From Octopus sinensis (Eukaryota), in NCBI RefSeq assembly GCF_006345805.1, contig NC_043007.1, positions 21,948,001 to 22,012,000 of the forward strand: DNA of 64,000 nucleotides, written 5' to 3'. The translations under genes were made by a program, and so were the position numbers. The notes below the pieces were generated by a model. It did not search any database, had not been told where the DNA came from, and saw only the letters and a list, made by a program, of their open reading frames with translations. Within the stretch, counting starts at the first letter, position 1; each line of letters starts with the position of its first letter. Of this stretch, positions 1-11,984 are shown one piece after another.

Positions 1-116
1 GTTCCTAACACTAGCTGAATGATAACTAAGTTATTTTACTAAATTCTTTGTTATATTTAAAGTAATTGAAAGAACCACACAGCATCTCAAAATAAATACA
101 ATAACGAAAGGGTTAA
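1..116 (+). mobile_element. piggyBac-like MITE, partial (window edge)
   Basis: Ends AAAGGG-TTAA; same sequence as full copies at 8170-8395 and 11156-11376. Confidence 0.7.
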
Positions 117-644
117 ATATCTCAACATCATTCTTCTTATTATTATTATTAAGGTGGCTAGCTGGCAGAATCGTTAGCAGTATTTCACCTATCGCTACAT
201 TGTGAGTTCAAATTCTGCCAAGGTCAACTTTGCCTTTCACCATCTTTGGGTTAATATACTAAGTACCAGTTGCGTACTGCGGTCAATGTAATCAACTCCT
301 CCTCCTCCCTCAAAATTGCAGCCCTTGTGGCAAAATTTGAAACTACTATTATTATTATTAGGGTGGCGACCTCGGCGTAATTTGAACTCAGAACGTAACG
401 GCAGACGAAATACCGCTAAGCATTTTGCCCGGCGTGCTAACGTTTCTGCCAGCTTGCCACCTCATTGGTTTTATGTCTTGTCCAAAATACTTTTAACATT
501 TTTTTTCTATATTCACATTTCAAAAGCTTCTGCTTTGTCAGTTTTCATCAATGTCCATGTTTCTATACCATATAAAAATTTTGTTTTTCCTGCCTTTAAC
601 CCGCCTTAACGCGGAGTATAGGCCACTTATAGCTGAATTCCACA

Positions 645-1119
645 AGGCGGCGAGCTGGCAGAAACGTTAGCACGCTGGGCGAAATGCGTAGCCGTATTTC
701 GTCTGCCGTTACGTTCTGGGTTCAAATTCCGCCGAGGTCGACTTTGCCTTTCATCCTTTCGGAGTCGATAAATTAAGTACCTATTTCTTTACTACACAGA
801 AGAGACAAACAAGGACAAACAGAGGGATTAAGTCGATTACATCGGCCCCAGTGCGTAACTGGTACTTATTTAATCGACCCCAAAAGGATGAAAAGCAAAG
901 TTGACCTCGGCGGAATTTGAACTCAGAACGTAATGGCAGACGAAATACCGCTAAGCATTTCGCCCGGCGTGCTTACTGTCTCTGCCAGCTCGCCGCCTTA
1001 AGTACCATTAAGTAAATTAAGTACCATTTACGCACTGGGGTTGATGTAATCGACTTAATCCATTTGTCTGTCCTTATTTGTACCCTCTGTGTTTAGCCCC
1101 TTGTGGGTAGTAAAGAAAT
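645..1119 (+). mobile_element. tRNA-derived SINE (family 1) with a nested antisense copy at ~782-1000
   Basis: Head AAGGCGGCGAGCTGGCAGAA, B-box-like GGTTCAAATTCC; flanked by 16-bp TSD ATAG(C/T)TGAATTCCACA (629-644, 1120-1135). Confidence 0.8.
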
Positions 1120-1157
1120 ATAGTTGAATTCCACACACAAATATATTTTGACAGTGA

Positions 1158-1495
1158 AGGTGCATGGCTCACTGGTTCGAGTGTTGGGCTCACAATCATG
1201 AGGTAGTGAGTTCAATTACCATGCCGGACTGTGTGTTGTGTTCTTGAGTAAGACACTTTATTTCACATTGCTCCAGTTCACTCAGCTGTAGAAAAGAGTT
1301 ATGATGTCACAGGTGCCAAGCTGTGTTGGCCCCTTTACCTTTCCCTTGGATAACACCAACCAGTGGTATTGGTGAGAGGAGGCTGGTATGCATGGGTGAC
1401 TGGTCTTTCATAAAACAAACTTGCCCAGACTTGTGCCTCAGAGGGTAACTTTCTAGGTGGAATCCCATGGTCAGTCATTCATGACCGAAGGGGGT
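1158..1495 (+). mobile_element. tRNA-derived SINE (family 4), diverged
   Basis: A-box-like TGGCTCACTGG, B-box-like GAGTTCAATTACC; similar to 35022-35362 and 45478-45778. Confidence 0.6.
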
Positions 1496-1745
1496 TTTTA
1501 CTTTACACTTTGATAGATTCAAGTAATTGGCGTGAAGTAGATTAAATACTTTAATGATAAAGACGAGAGGTTGGTGATATTGATGATAGGAAGAATTTGG
1601 CAGTTGCTTACCAAAAAGCTAAGAGATTTCTTTTATTTTCCTTCTCTTCATGCTTCATAGAATCCACTGAAGTAAAAGAAAATATGTCATCAGAAAAATA
1701 AGGATATTAACACAACCTCATACGCATGCACAGAAATATACACAT

Positions 1746-2180
1746 CATCATCATCGTTTAGCATCCGCTTTCCATGCTAGCATGGGTTGGACGGTTCAAC
1801 TGGGGTCTGGGAAGCCAGAAGGCTGCACCAGGCCCAGTCTGATCTGGCAATGTTTCTACGGCTGGATGCCCTTCCTAACGCCAACCACTCCGTGAGTGTA
1901 GCTGGTGCTTTTTACGTGCCGCCAGCACAGGTGCCAGACGAGGCTAGCAAACGGCCACGATTGGATGGTGCATTTTACATGCCACTGGCACGGGGGCCAG
2001 GCGAGGCTGGGAACAGACACGAACGGATGGTGCTTTTTACGTGCCACCAGCATGGGGGCCAGATGAGGCTGGCAACGGCCACGAACGGATGGTGCTTTTT
2101 ACGTGCCACTGGCACGAGGCCAGTCGGGGCGGCACTGGCAACGGCCACGTTCGGATGGTTCTCTTATGTGCCACTGGCAC
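1746..2180 (-). mobile_element. SINE family 3 ((GAT)n tail) with internal ~60-bp tandem units
   Basis: CATCATCATC tail at left; repeated GGTGCTTTT-ACGTGCCAC-GGCAC units; copies at 9912, 18495, 25600, 26005, 35920, 39400, 52655, 61008. Confidence 0.8.
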
Positions 2181-2491
2181 TGTACAGATAAATATACACT
2201 TAAAGAATGAAAGAGAGGAAAAGAGAGAGAGAGAGGGAATCATTTAAACGTCTGATGTCAAATAAGTCAGCTTCGATTCAGTGACATGAAATAAGTGATG
2301 CCAACTGGCTGTGAAAAATGACCCAAAGCACTACCCACAAATCCTGCTGATCCTCCTGCTTTTCCATTCTTCATAACTCTTTTGCTTCAATTACAGCTAA
2401 CAGCCCTGCCAGTCTAAAGACTGGATTGCTCTCCATGTTCTCACTTCATTGACTTTTCCATATCCAACAACCTCTCTCTCTCTCTCTAATA

Positions 2492-2744
2492 TTGGGTTGG
2501 TGAATAATTATTGTGGCTTTTTTTTTCAACAAATTTTATTCAACAAAAACAATAACAGCATATAACAAAAATATCTTTAAATGATTATTCTGGAGCATAT
2601 TCACCATCTACTTCAATTACTGCTTCCCATTTGCTCAGCAGATGGTCAGATCGTCAATTAAAGATGTTTTTGTTAAATATTGTTATTGTTTTTGTTGAAT
2701 AAAATTTGCTGAAAAAAAGCATCAATAATTATGCACCAACCCAA
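2492..2744. mobile_element. mariner-derived MITE with ~85-bp TIRs
   Basis: TIR TTGGGTTGGTG(A/C)ATAATTATTG; TA at the left end; internal minus-strand WEAVIEVDGEY resembles a mariner transposase C-terminus. Confidence 0.75.
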
Positions 2745-2839
2745 AAATAAATATATATTTTCCACCTTCCTTTAATTCCATCTGGGACCACTTCATCGCT
2801 GTCTGTCCCACTTCATCGTTCAAGTAAGAAATATATTTG

Positions 2840-3060
2840 CACCCCCTCGTCTCCAGCATCCCATACAATCTTGCAAACCCCCACCCTGTCTTCCACCTAC
2901 CCACTTTGAGGCTAACTGGACACCTCATCTCCTCTCTCTCTCTGCAACTACTTCTGATCATCCTCTTCCTTTCCTTAATAAATATGAGAAACCATGCAGC
3001 CCTTCTACAAGAACCTGGTCTGTTCCCAACTCACCCACAATTCTCTCGTAGGAACCTGTA
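2840..3060 (+). mobile_element. possible decayed Penelope-like RT-EN linker
   Basis: PLVSSIPYN...LLQEPGLFPTHPQFSRRNL loosely parallels the linker at 38060-38230; weak. Confidence 0.25.
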
Positions 3061-3324
3061 GTCCCCTAGCATAAAACTGATCTTCCTCTCCTTCAGGGTT
3101 TGTAGTTTTGCAAGCTGCACATAGCAACCTCAGTAATGGGGTGGCACAAAAAATGCACCCTGTACTTGTTGTAAAGTGGTTGGCATAAAGAAGGGCATCC
3201 AGCCATAGAAACTATGCCAAAGTAGACTTTGAAGTATGATGCAGTTCTTGGACTCAGTGGATCCTCTCAAATTGTGTGACCCATATCAGCAAAGAGCATA
3301 AGTAAAAAGTAAAATAAAATTGCC

Positions 3325-3741
3325 TTCTCGAATCATGCCAACTCACGAGGGCCGATTTCCTGGTTTCCATTGTATATAAATTCCCCACCTGGATGGGACG
3401 CTGGTCCGTCCCAGGGTTATTCATTTTTTACCAGTTGAGTGAAGTGGAACAACATGAAATGAAGTGAAGTGCTTTGCTCAAGAACACAACGCGTTGCCCA
3501 GTCCAGGAATTGAAACCATAATCTTATGATCATGAGTCCAACACCCTAACCACTAAGCCATGTGACTTCACTGGAAGCCTAGTCTGTCATAGGGTTACCT
3601 ATTAACAGCTGAGTGGACTGTGGCAGCATGAAATGAAGTGTTTTGTTCAAGGACGCAACATGTCGCCCGGTCCAGGAATTGAAACCACAAACTTACGATC
3701 ATGTGTCTAACACCCTAACCATTTAGCTATGCGCCTCCACG
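3325..3741 (-). mobile_element. two tandem family 4 SINE fragments
   Basis: Repeated GGAATTGAAACCA...CACCCTAACCA; a further copy at 5135-5362. Confidence 0.65.
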
Positions 3742-4194
3742 CGAGAATAGAACATAAACGTTGAATGATGATGATGACAATGATAATGATGATGATGAAG
3801 ACCCAGTGAGTAATGAAGAGGTTAGTATTAAAATTGTGGCTTACAGGAATGTTGTGAATTGTTTTGCATTGTAGAAGTGGAGTGTTCAGAAGGAAGCAGG
3901 TAGGTAGAATCTTCAGCGTTCACTTGATCTAAAAAAAAAAGATTTTAAAAAATGGTAAAATGTGCATACAACTATTTCTCAAAAAAACATGACTAGTAAG
4001 GTTGGAGGAATTAGAAGAACAGAATGAGAGGATTTAGTACAGCTGTTTAGATACTGGCATTTTGCCATGGGTGATAGGGCATTCAACCTGCTTTGTACTT
4101 TTTGGCACTCAAGGAAACAGGAATATGCAGAGAGAGACAAAGAGAAATATTACAGTTTATTAATTGAATATGACCACCTGACAGAAACTTCACG

Positions 4195-4912
4195 GTGAGT
4201 GGGCTTGAGGATCAGCCAGGAAAAGACAAAAGTGCTGCATATCAACAACAAGCAGGAAAAGCCAATCACAATTGAGGGGGCACCTGTGGAGGATGTTAGT
4301 GAGTTTGTCTATCTTGGAAGCAAGATCAGCAAATCAGGTGGATCAGACAAGGACATCACAGCAAGAAGGAAGAAGGCTTGGCAAGCCTTCGCTATTCTTC
4401 GGCCGGTATGGAAGTCCATTGCCATCTCAACTCGAACTAAACTCCACTTATTTGGTTCAAATGTAAAATCTGAGCTTTTGTATGGCTCTGAAACATGGAG
4501 AGCCACCTGCAGCAACTATAAGAAGATCCAGAACTTCATCAACAAATGTCTCCGGCAGATCCTCCGTCTGAAGTGGTTTGACAGAGTGCCAAACACCGAC
4601 CTGTGGGAAAGGGCCAACCAGGAGAGCCCATGCATGTTCAGATTAGACGAAGGAAACGGAGATGGATCGGACACACACTGCAGAAAGAACCCTCAAATGT
4701 GACACAACAAGCACTTGACTGGAACCCGCTGGGGAAAAGGAAGCGAGGACACCTGAAGCAGACATGGAAGTGGAGCATTTTGGACGAGCTCAGGACCGCC
4801 GGCCTGACATGGGAAGCAGCCAAGAAACATGTCAATGACTGCAAAAAGTGGAAAACAACTGTTGAGGCCCTATGCTCCACAAGGGGCAAAAAGGATTATT
4901 ATTATTATTATT
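4195..4912 (+). mobile_element. RTE-clade LINE, 5'-truncated RT C-terminus with one frameshift and (TAT)n tail
   Basis: GLRISQEKTK, FVYLGS, LLYGSETW, RWIGH, GKRKRGHLKQTW motifs across ORFs 4199-4702 and 4603-4914. Confidence 0.9.
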
Positions 4913-5619
4913 AAGAAGAAGAAGGAGGAGGAGGAACTGTTTTTCTTTTAACAATAATCATAAGGTTTAGCTTGGTTCCATCAGCTAAACAAAAAACAGT
5001 ATCATGTTTTTTTGTCTTGTTGCTCTTCCATAGTAATACTCCATATTTTATTCAATGCTCTGTTCCTTGACATGTTACAGGAAAAACAACAAAAAACAAA
5101 TATGTATCTTATAAAATAATAATAAATGTGCCCTTGTAAAGCCTAGCCAGGCTCATGAGCCCAGTTTCTATGGCGTATGTGTCCCCCAGCTGGACGGGAT
5201 GCCAGTCCATTGCAGCGTTACTCATTTTTGCCAGCTGAGTGGACTGGAGCAACGTGAAATGAAGTGTTTTGCTCAAGAACACGTGTTGCCCGGTCCAGGA
5301 ATTGAAACCACAATCATACGATCATGGTGCTGACACCCTAACCACTAAGCCACGCACCCCCACATGTATCTCATACATGTCTTGAATTTGACACAGTCCA
5401 AAGTCATACCACCTCCTCAGTTTTATTATAAAGCAATGAAACTGCACAATCATTTCGTCTACATCAGAAGGAAGCTTCTATGAAGTATTTGTTTTCTGAC
5501 TTACAGCTAAAGAATGTCTTCTGAAGAATCTTTGGCACCATCCATTCAGAAACTTGAAAGATTGACTAATTCCATATTTCTCATCTTTTGACATTTTCTT
5601 TGCTTGTAACTTTACATCC

Positions 5620-5945
5620 GATGTTCTTGTCTTGTCTTATGACGGCGTTCACCCAGGGCAGGTTGAGCTGGCTTCTTCTCTGGTCCTAACGGCATCACGA
5701 ACCATGGCGGCCCACGCTCGACGGTCCTGTGCAAGGTCACTGGAGATAGCGAGCGATTCGTGGTTCCATCTGTGCAGACTGACCACCTGCAGACCTGAGA
5801 GCTCAGAGAGGTCCTCCTTTATCGTCGTTGCCCAGGTCTTCAGCTGCCCGCCTGCACTAGCTGGGAAGTGGAGGTGGGAGGAGGACATCGCAAATCAGCT
5901 CACCCTCTGGACACCGGGCTGCATGACCGAACCACCTTAAGCGCC
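5620..5945 (-). mobile_element. RTE-clade LINE 3' end
   Basis: GGQLKTWATTIKEDL...LAQDRRAWAAMVRD; CAAGA-like tail. Confidence 0.8.
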
Positions 5946-5989
5946 GTTATAAAAGCACTGAAGGGAAGGGCCAGAGATTCAGACGATGA

Positions 5990-6480
5990 CGAAGACTGGC
6001 TGTAGGAACCCGATCAATGCGTTGGCGGCAAAGAATGTGGCGGAGACAGTCATCCGATGTTGTTACAATATGTCCATCCTTTCTCTTTTCTTCCACCCAT
6101 TCAACCAATTCTTCCTCCAGTTCTGGATAGTGAGCCTGCTTCCTCCTTAGAGATTGTTTCTTGCTAGGCATTTTTTGCAATTGGATTTTGTTCTTCCTCC
6201 ATTGATATTGTTCTCAAGAACACCAAATTTCATACAGGTTGCACAGTTGTTGTTCTTTTCGGGGTGATGTTTCGGTATAGGTACACACGTGACTTTGTTC
6301 ACATTTCTGAAGATAACAGAAACCCTTTTCTCCCACCCCTAACCCAAACCCCCCATATATAAAAAAAACACTTTCTTGAAATGTATCCGGTACTTACACC
6401 GGTACCTATACCGAAGTTACGCCCTTTTCGGAAAATTCTACAGCTTGAAGTTTAAATTTCGCACTGTAAGCAATACACCT
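5990..6480 (-). mobile_element. pogo/Tigger transposase N-terminal relic (Brinker-like DBD + CENP-B HTH), interrupted by a MITE
   Basis: Removing 6263-6423 plus one TSD gives AYSAKFKLQAVEFSEK-NNNCATCMKFGV..(frameshift)..WRKNK...YPELEEELVEWVEEKRKDGHIVT. Confidence 0.8.
6263..6423. mobile_element. MITE with GG-initiated TIRs and 8-bp TSD (Merlin/hAT-like)
   Basis: TSD CTTTTCGG (6255-6262, 6424-6431); TIR core TTCGGTATAGGTAC / GTACCTATACCGAA; internal CCCACCCCTAACCC shared with the 30730 and 31310 elements. Confidence 0.8.
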
Positions 6481-7654
6481 GCTTTTCACATCCATACTTC
6501 TATTACAACGGTGTTTACCGAAACTTTTTTTTCACTATTTGCGTAAGTTTAAACCGTATTTTTATTTTATAATTATAGAAACACTTTTAAACAAGTCTAT
6601 ATACACGCACCACCAGGGACCCATGTTAATGAAATCTACAATTATTATTGGATATATTTCCTCAAAACACAGGCGATAAAAACACGTTCATCGTGAGATT
6701 CCCCGGAGCTACTACATTCAGTATATTCGTTTTTAGATTTGTTGCTGTATTTATAATTTACACTCAAGTGTATTGCAACCCCTGCATTTTCATTTTTATG
6801 TTTTTTTCAAATTAAAATTTTCGCATTACATACGAGTAAATGCGTGTGTGTGTATGGGTGTATGTGTGCATGTGTAGAAAAGCTTAGTCGAATGACAAAC
6901 TTCATAAATATTGAAAAAGGATGACTGGGCTAAATAGTGGATAATCTTTTCTACGTCAAACTAAAGGGTCTGACCCAGGCATTAAAAAAAAAATAGTGTA
7001 ATAGATGTAAAACAACTTGCTCTAAACAAATATGACAAATAAATGCGCGCTCGCGAAAGGGGGTGGGGGATTGGACTCGAAAATTCACATCATGAATTTC
7101 CGAAAGAGTCTGAGGGTCAGACCCGGGCACAAAAACAAACAAAAATAAATAGTGTAATAGGTGTAAAGCAACTTGCTTTACAAGAAGTCAGTTTGACCCT
7201 TTTCTAATCACGGAAAGTTAACGAAAAGGTGTTGAAAATCACCACAAAATATAAAATTACAAAGAAAGTTGAAATAACGGAAACCATACAATAACAATTA
7301 GAATTCATGTGACAGTTTAACGCTTTAAAGAGTGTCAAGAAAGTAACTTATTTAAAGTTTTCCAGTTTGGGTAAAATCTCAGTCGAATCCTTCAAAGTTA
7401 TAAACTTACCGTCCATATCTTCTTCAGTTGACAACTGTGAAAAACTGACAGAAGCATTCCTACGGTTTTTTATGTTGTCCATTTCCTCCACGAAGTGTTT
7501 GTTGATGAAGTAAAAACAGCGATAAAGAAATATATTCCTCGCTTATCAACGAAAACTTTTAGGAAAGTTTTAAAAAATAATATTGGTGTGAAGAACAGAA
7601 GTCCAGTATAACGGATAGACCTTTCGGCTGAGGGAGTTATTTAATAAATTTTAA

Positions 7655-7812
7655 CAATTAATAATATATTAATTGTTAAATATATAAATATAATATATTA
7701 ATTGTTATATATATATAAATATAATATATTAATTGTTATATATATATATAAGTATAATATATTAATTGTTATATATATATAAATATAATATATTGTTATA
7801 TATATAAATATA
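7655..7812. repeat. AT-rich ~31-33-bp minisatellite, ~5 units
   Basis: ATAATATATTAATTGTTATATATAT repeated. Confidence 0.85.
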
Positions 7813-8169
7813 TGAAGTGGTCGCATCTGTTCAATGGGTCCAGGTCGTCTTTGATCCATCAGACCTATGATCAAAGTATACTCGCCTTAGCCATACAGTC
7901 TTTGCAAGGGTATGTATGGCTACCATAACTAATGTGTTCTTAAGACACTCGGGTCGATTTGGGTGAGATTTTGCTGTTATGATCAGCGAAGGGAGCTTTC
8001 TCTATGAGGTTCATTCACTTGCTTGGTTTGTTGTGATCTTGAGGCCTTAAATAACTTCGTTATCACGTGATTGGGGAGTGCTCTCCCTTGCTGTAGTGTA
8101 TTCGCTCAAGGGAGAGCACTCGCAGGTTGTATAATATTATTTGCATTGCAGGCGCTAGACCAGAGGTTT

Positions 8170-8395
8170 AACCCTTTCACTCCCAACCTGGCTGAAACTG
8201 GCTTCGGTCCTGTAGTACAAATGTCTTGTTTTCATAAGTTTTGAATTAAAATCTTTCACCAAACCTTCGTCACAATTTATGTTCCTAACACAAGCTGAAT
8301 GATAACTTGAGTTATTTTACTAAATTCTTTGTTATATTTCAAATAATTGAAAGAAACACAGAGCATCTCAAAATAAATACGGTAACGAAAAGGTT
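8170..8395 (+). mobile_element. piggyBac-like MITE
   Basis: TTAACCCTTT start; ends AAAAGGTT; matches other copies. Confidence 0.7.
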
Positions 8396-8403
8396 GGAGC
8401 AAA

Positions 8404-8817
8404 AGACGGCGAGCTGGCAGAAACGTAAGCACATCGGGCGAAATGCTTAGCGGCATTTCGTCTGTCGTTACGTTCTGAGTGCAAATTCCGCCGAGGTCGA
8501 CTTTGCCTTTCATCCTTTCGGGGTCGATAAATTAAGTACCAGTTACGCACTGGGGTCGATATAATCGACTTAATCCGTTTGTCTGTCCTTGTTTGTCTCC
8601 TCTGTGTTTGGCCCCTTGTGGGTAGCAAAGAAATAGGTATTTCGTCTGTCGTTACGTTCTGAATTCAAATTCCGCTGAGGTCGACTTTGCCTTTCATCTT
8701 TCGGGGTCGATAAATTAAGTACCAGTTACGCACTGGGGTCGATGTAATCGACTTAATATCTATGTCTGTCCTTGTTTGTTCCCCTCTATGTTTCGCCACT
8801 TGTGGGCAATAAAGAAA
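8404..8817 (+). mobile_element. tandem family 1 SINEs (second is 5'-truncated)
   Basis: Two consecutive bodies ending CCCCTTGTGGG...AAAGAAATA. Confidence 0.8.
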
Positions 8818-9627
8818 TAAGAAGTTTAATGGAGCAAGGGGCTTGTTGATTAAATCGGCTTTGGTGCTCATTCTGAAGGACAAAATCGGCGGAATCTGAA
8901 CACCAAATGTAAAGTCGGAAAAATGTCACTAAGCATTTTGTCCGGCTTTCTAAGGATTCTGCAAGGGCATATCTACACAATTGTGCCCCCTCTCCGAATT
9001 TGTGAATGAGATTTTCTACAAATACTTTTTGAGTGATGTAGATTCAAGTTATATTTGAATTTGTTGTAAGAAAAAATTTCGATAAGAGTGAAAAGCAGTT
9101 TCAGATAATTCATACGAGTCGACTTTGTTTCCTTTCCTCAATGGGGAAAAAAAATTGGGTGGGTGCGCACACATACATACTGAAACATCACAATTTTTTT
9201 TTCAAAATTTCAAGTTTTATATTGTAAACATCTACGTGATGGGTGTCTGCTAATTTCTTTCTGTTTTTTGTTTTTTTCAGATTAAATTCCGACATAATCT
9301 GAAAAGTATGGAAAGTTTTGAAAATTCCATTAAAAACCACCATTTTTTTCTTAAAATGACAACAAAACAAACGGCGGGGGCACATTTGTATAGATGCGCC
9401 AAACATCGTAATACTAATGGATACCAGATCTTTTGGAAGCTTGGTTAAGTAAGGAGTTGTAAATATGAGAAAGCGTTAATATTTCAGCTTTATTCATGGA
9501 CTAAGCATCGCATCAAGGAAGTCTGAACGGAGCCACGCCTCATTCAAAACCAAAATGAAAGAAAAAGAGAGGGAGAAGAGGAAACTTTTCAAACTATGAA
9601 AGGAAGGCTGAGCGAATGATAATGGAA

Positions 9628-9652
9628 GGGTCAGTAGGAGGTCAGTAGGTCA
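9628..9652 (+). promoter_or_regulatory. composite DR5 + DR2 nuclear-receptor element (RARE-like)
   Basis: GGGTCA-gtagg-AGGTCA-gt-AGGTCA; CCAAT at 9688 and TATAAAA at 9701 follow. Function not shown. Confidence 0.4.
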
Positions 9653-10469
9653 TAAATCCGTTAGGGTAAACAAAAATAAATAAAAATCCAATACAAAGGG
9701 TATAAAACCGCACACAAGCAGATTCACATGCAACCACATATATGCGCGCACATCAAACTTGCATATACACATATATTTAGGGACCGGCTATAGCAACTAA
9801 GAGGATTCAAAATCCGAATCCACGTTTTTATTAATTGACAAATTTCCGGTCTTTTGCCCCCCCCCCCCTGCACCAATAGATTTATGTGAATGAGAATTCT
9901 GGTGAAATCTTTAGTTTGACATGTCCGCTTTCCATGCTAGCATGGGTTGGACGGTTCGACTGGGGTCTGGGAAGCCAGGAGGCTGCACCAGGCTCCAGTC
10001 TGATCTGGCAGAGTTTCTACAGCTGGATGCCCTTCCTAACAGCAACCACTCCAAGAGTGTAGTGGGTGCTTTTACGTGCCACCGGCACAAGGGCCAGTCT
10101 GGTAGTACTGGCAACGGCCATGCCCAGATGGTGCTTTTAATGTGCCACCTGCACAGGAGCCAATCCAGCGGCACTGGCAATGACCCATCCGATAGTCTTG
10201 TCAATCATGTGATATATACATGTAGATATGCACACATAAAACATACGCATGTGCACACGTACATACATACACAACCACACATATAAAGCTATACATACAT
10301 GCACATATACTTAATCATATGAAAGCCCCAATACTAATACATACACATAGCACAAATGTATGCATATAACCTGCATGCCCAAATATGCACACATACATAC
10401 ACTTGCACTGATATATTCACATTCACATACAATCTATTTGCAGTTTATTAAGTAGTTTACAGTTTTACA

Positions 10470-10849
10470 CTTTTACTTGTTTCAGTCATTTGACTGCGGC
10501 CATGCTGGAGCACCGCCTTTAGTCGAGCAAATCGACCCCAGGACTTTTTCTTGGCAAGCCTAGTACTTATTCTATCGGTCTCTTTTACTGAACCGCTAAG
10601 TTACGGGGATGTAAACACAACAGCATCGGTTGTCATGTGATGTTGGTGGGACAAACACAGACACACACACATACATATATATATATACATACGACGGGCT
10701 TCTTTCAGTTTCCGTCTATCAAATCCACTCACAAGGCTTTGGTCGGCCCGAGGCTATAGTAGAAGACACTTGCCCAAGGTGCTACGCAGTGGGACTGAAC
10801 CCGGAACCATGTGGTTGGTAAGCAAGCTACTTACCACACAGCCACTCCT
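10470..10849 (-). mobile_element. tRNA-derived SINE (family 2), full length
   Basis: Minus-strand head AGGAGTGGCTGTGTGGTAAG, GGTTCAGTCCC box, tail GAAACAAGTAAAA; copies at 16925, 42245, 43195, 46560, 62890 and others. Confidence 0.85.
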
Positions 10850-11155
10850 ACATCTATATTTGATAACTTTTTCCTAGTCATGTGTGTCATGAATTGTTCA
10901 ATTTTTGTTTATGTAGCATAGCCAAAGGAGGAATGAGGTGAGGGTATTCTGAAGTAGTTTTATATATCAGATATGGTAGTTATGATATCACACACATGTG
11001 AGCCATGGTCACATGTAAAAAAACAAAAATCACAAAAAGAAGTTCATGATAGCTGCCTTACAGTATAGAGTAATGGTTCTCAACTATTTTTTATCTGTGG
11101 ACCACTTTGATAAATATTTTATTCTAGTGGACCTCCATAACCATTTGATGTTTAA

Positions 11156-11376
11156 CCCTTTCATTACCAACCCGGCTGAAACCGGCTCTAGCTCTGTAGT
11201 ACAAATCTCTTGTTTCCATAAGTTTTGAATTACAATCTTCCACCAAACCTTAGTCACAATTTATGTTCTTAACACTAGCTGAATGATAACTAAGTTATTT
11301 TACTAAATTCTTTGTTACATCTAAAATAATTGAAAGAAATACAGAGCATCTCAACAGAAATATAGGAACAAAGGGG
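11156..11376 (+). mobile_element. piggyBac-like MITE
   Basis: TTAA at 11152-55 and 11377-80; CCCTT..AAGGGG termini. Confidence 0.85.
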
Positions 11377-11485
11377 TTAAAAACTAGTTTTATAGGTATT
11401 TCTTTTAAAATTCCTATTTTGTTATTCACTCGAGTTGTTTGAACTATGTAAAAACCAATCTGTTTCTTGCAATAAATGTATTTAA

Positions 11486-11707
11486 CCCTTTCATTACCAT
11501 ACTTCTGTTGAGATGCTCTGTGTTTCTTTCAATTAATTTTAAATATAACAAAGAATTTAGTAAAATAACTTAGTTATCATTAAGCTAGTGTTAGGAACAT
11601 AAATTATGACTAAGGTTTGGTGGAAGATTTTAATTCAGAACTTTTGAAAACAAAACATTTGTACTACAGGGCCAGAAGTGGTTTCACGTGGGTTGGTATC
11701 AAAAGGG
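11486..11707 (-). mobile_element. piggyBac-like MITE
   Basis: TTAA on both sides, CCCTTT/AAAGGG termini, inverted orientation. Confidence 0.85.
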
Positions 11708-11763
11708 TTAATGTGGCACCATCACAAGTGCTTTCTACATGGCACCAGCATGAGTGCTTTTAA

Positions 11764-11984
11764 CTCCTTTGTTCCCATATTTCTGTTGAGATGCTCTGTG
11801 TTTCTTTCAATTAATTTTAAATATTACAAAGAATTTAGTAAAATAACTTAGTTATCATACAGCTAGTGTTAGGAACATAAATTGTGACTAAGGTTTGGTG
11901 GAAGATTTTAATTCAAAACTTCTGAAAACGAGACATTTGTACTCAGAGCCAGAGCTGGTTTCAGCCGGGTTGGTATCAAAAGGG
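11764..11984 (-). mobile_element. piggyBac-like MITE
   Basis: TTAA at 11760-63 and 11985-88. Confidence 0.8.

Noticed and set aside
1787-2247. Overlapping ORFs of 65-134 aa (also 25911-26378, 52617-52946, 61052-61288)
   Set aside because: Translations of the family 3 SINE and its tandem units; no protein motifs
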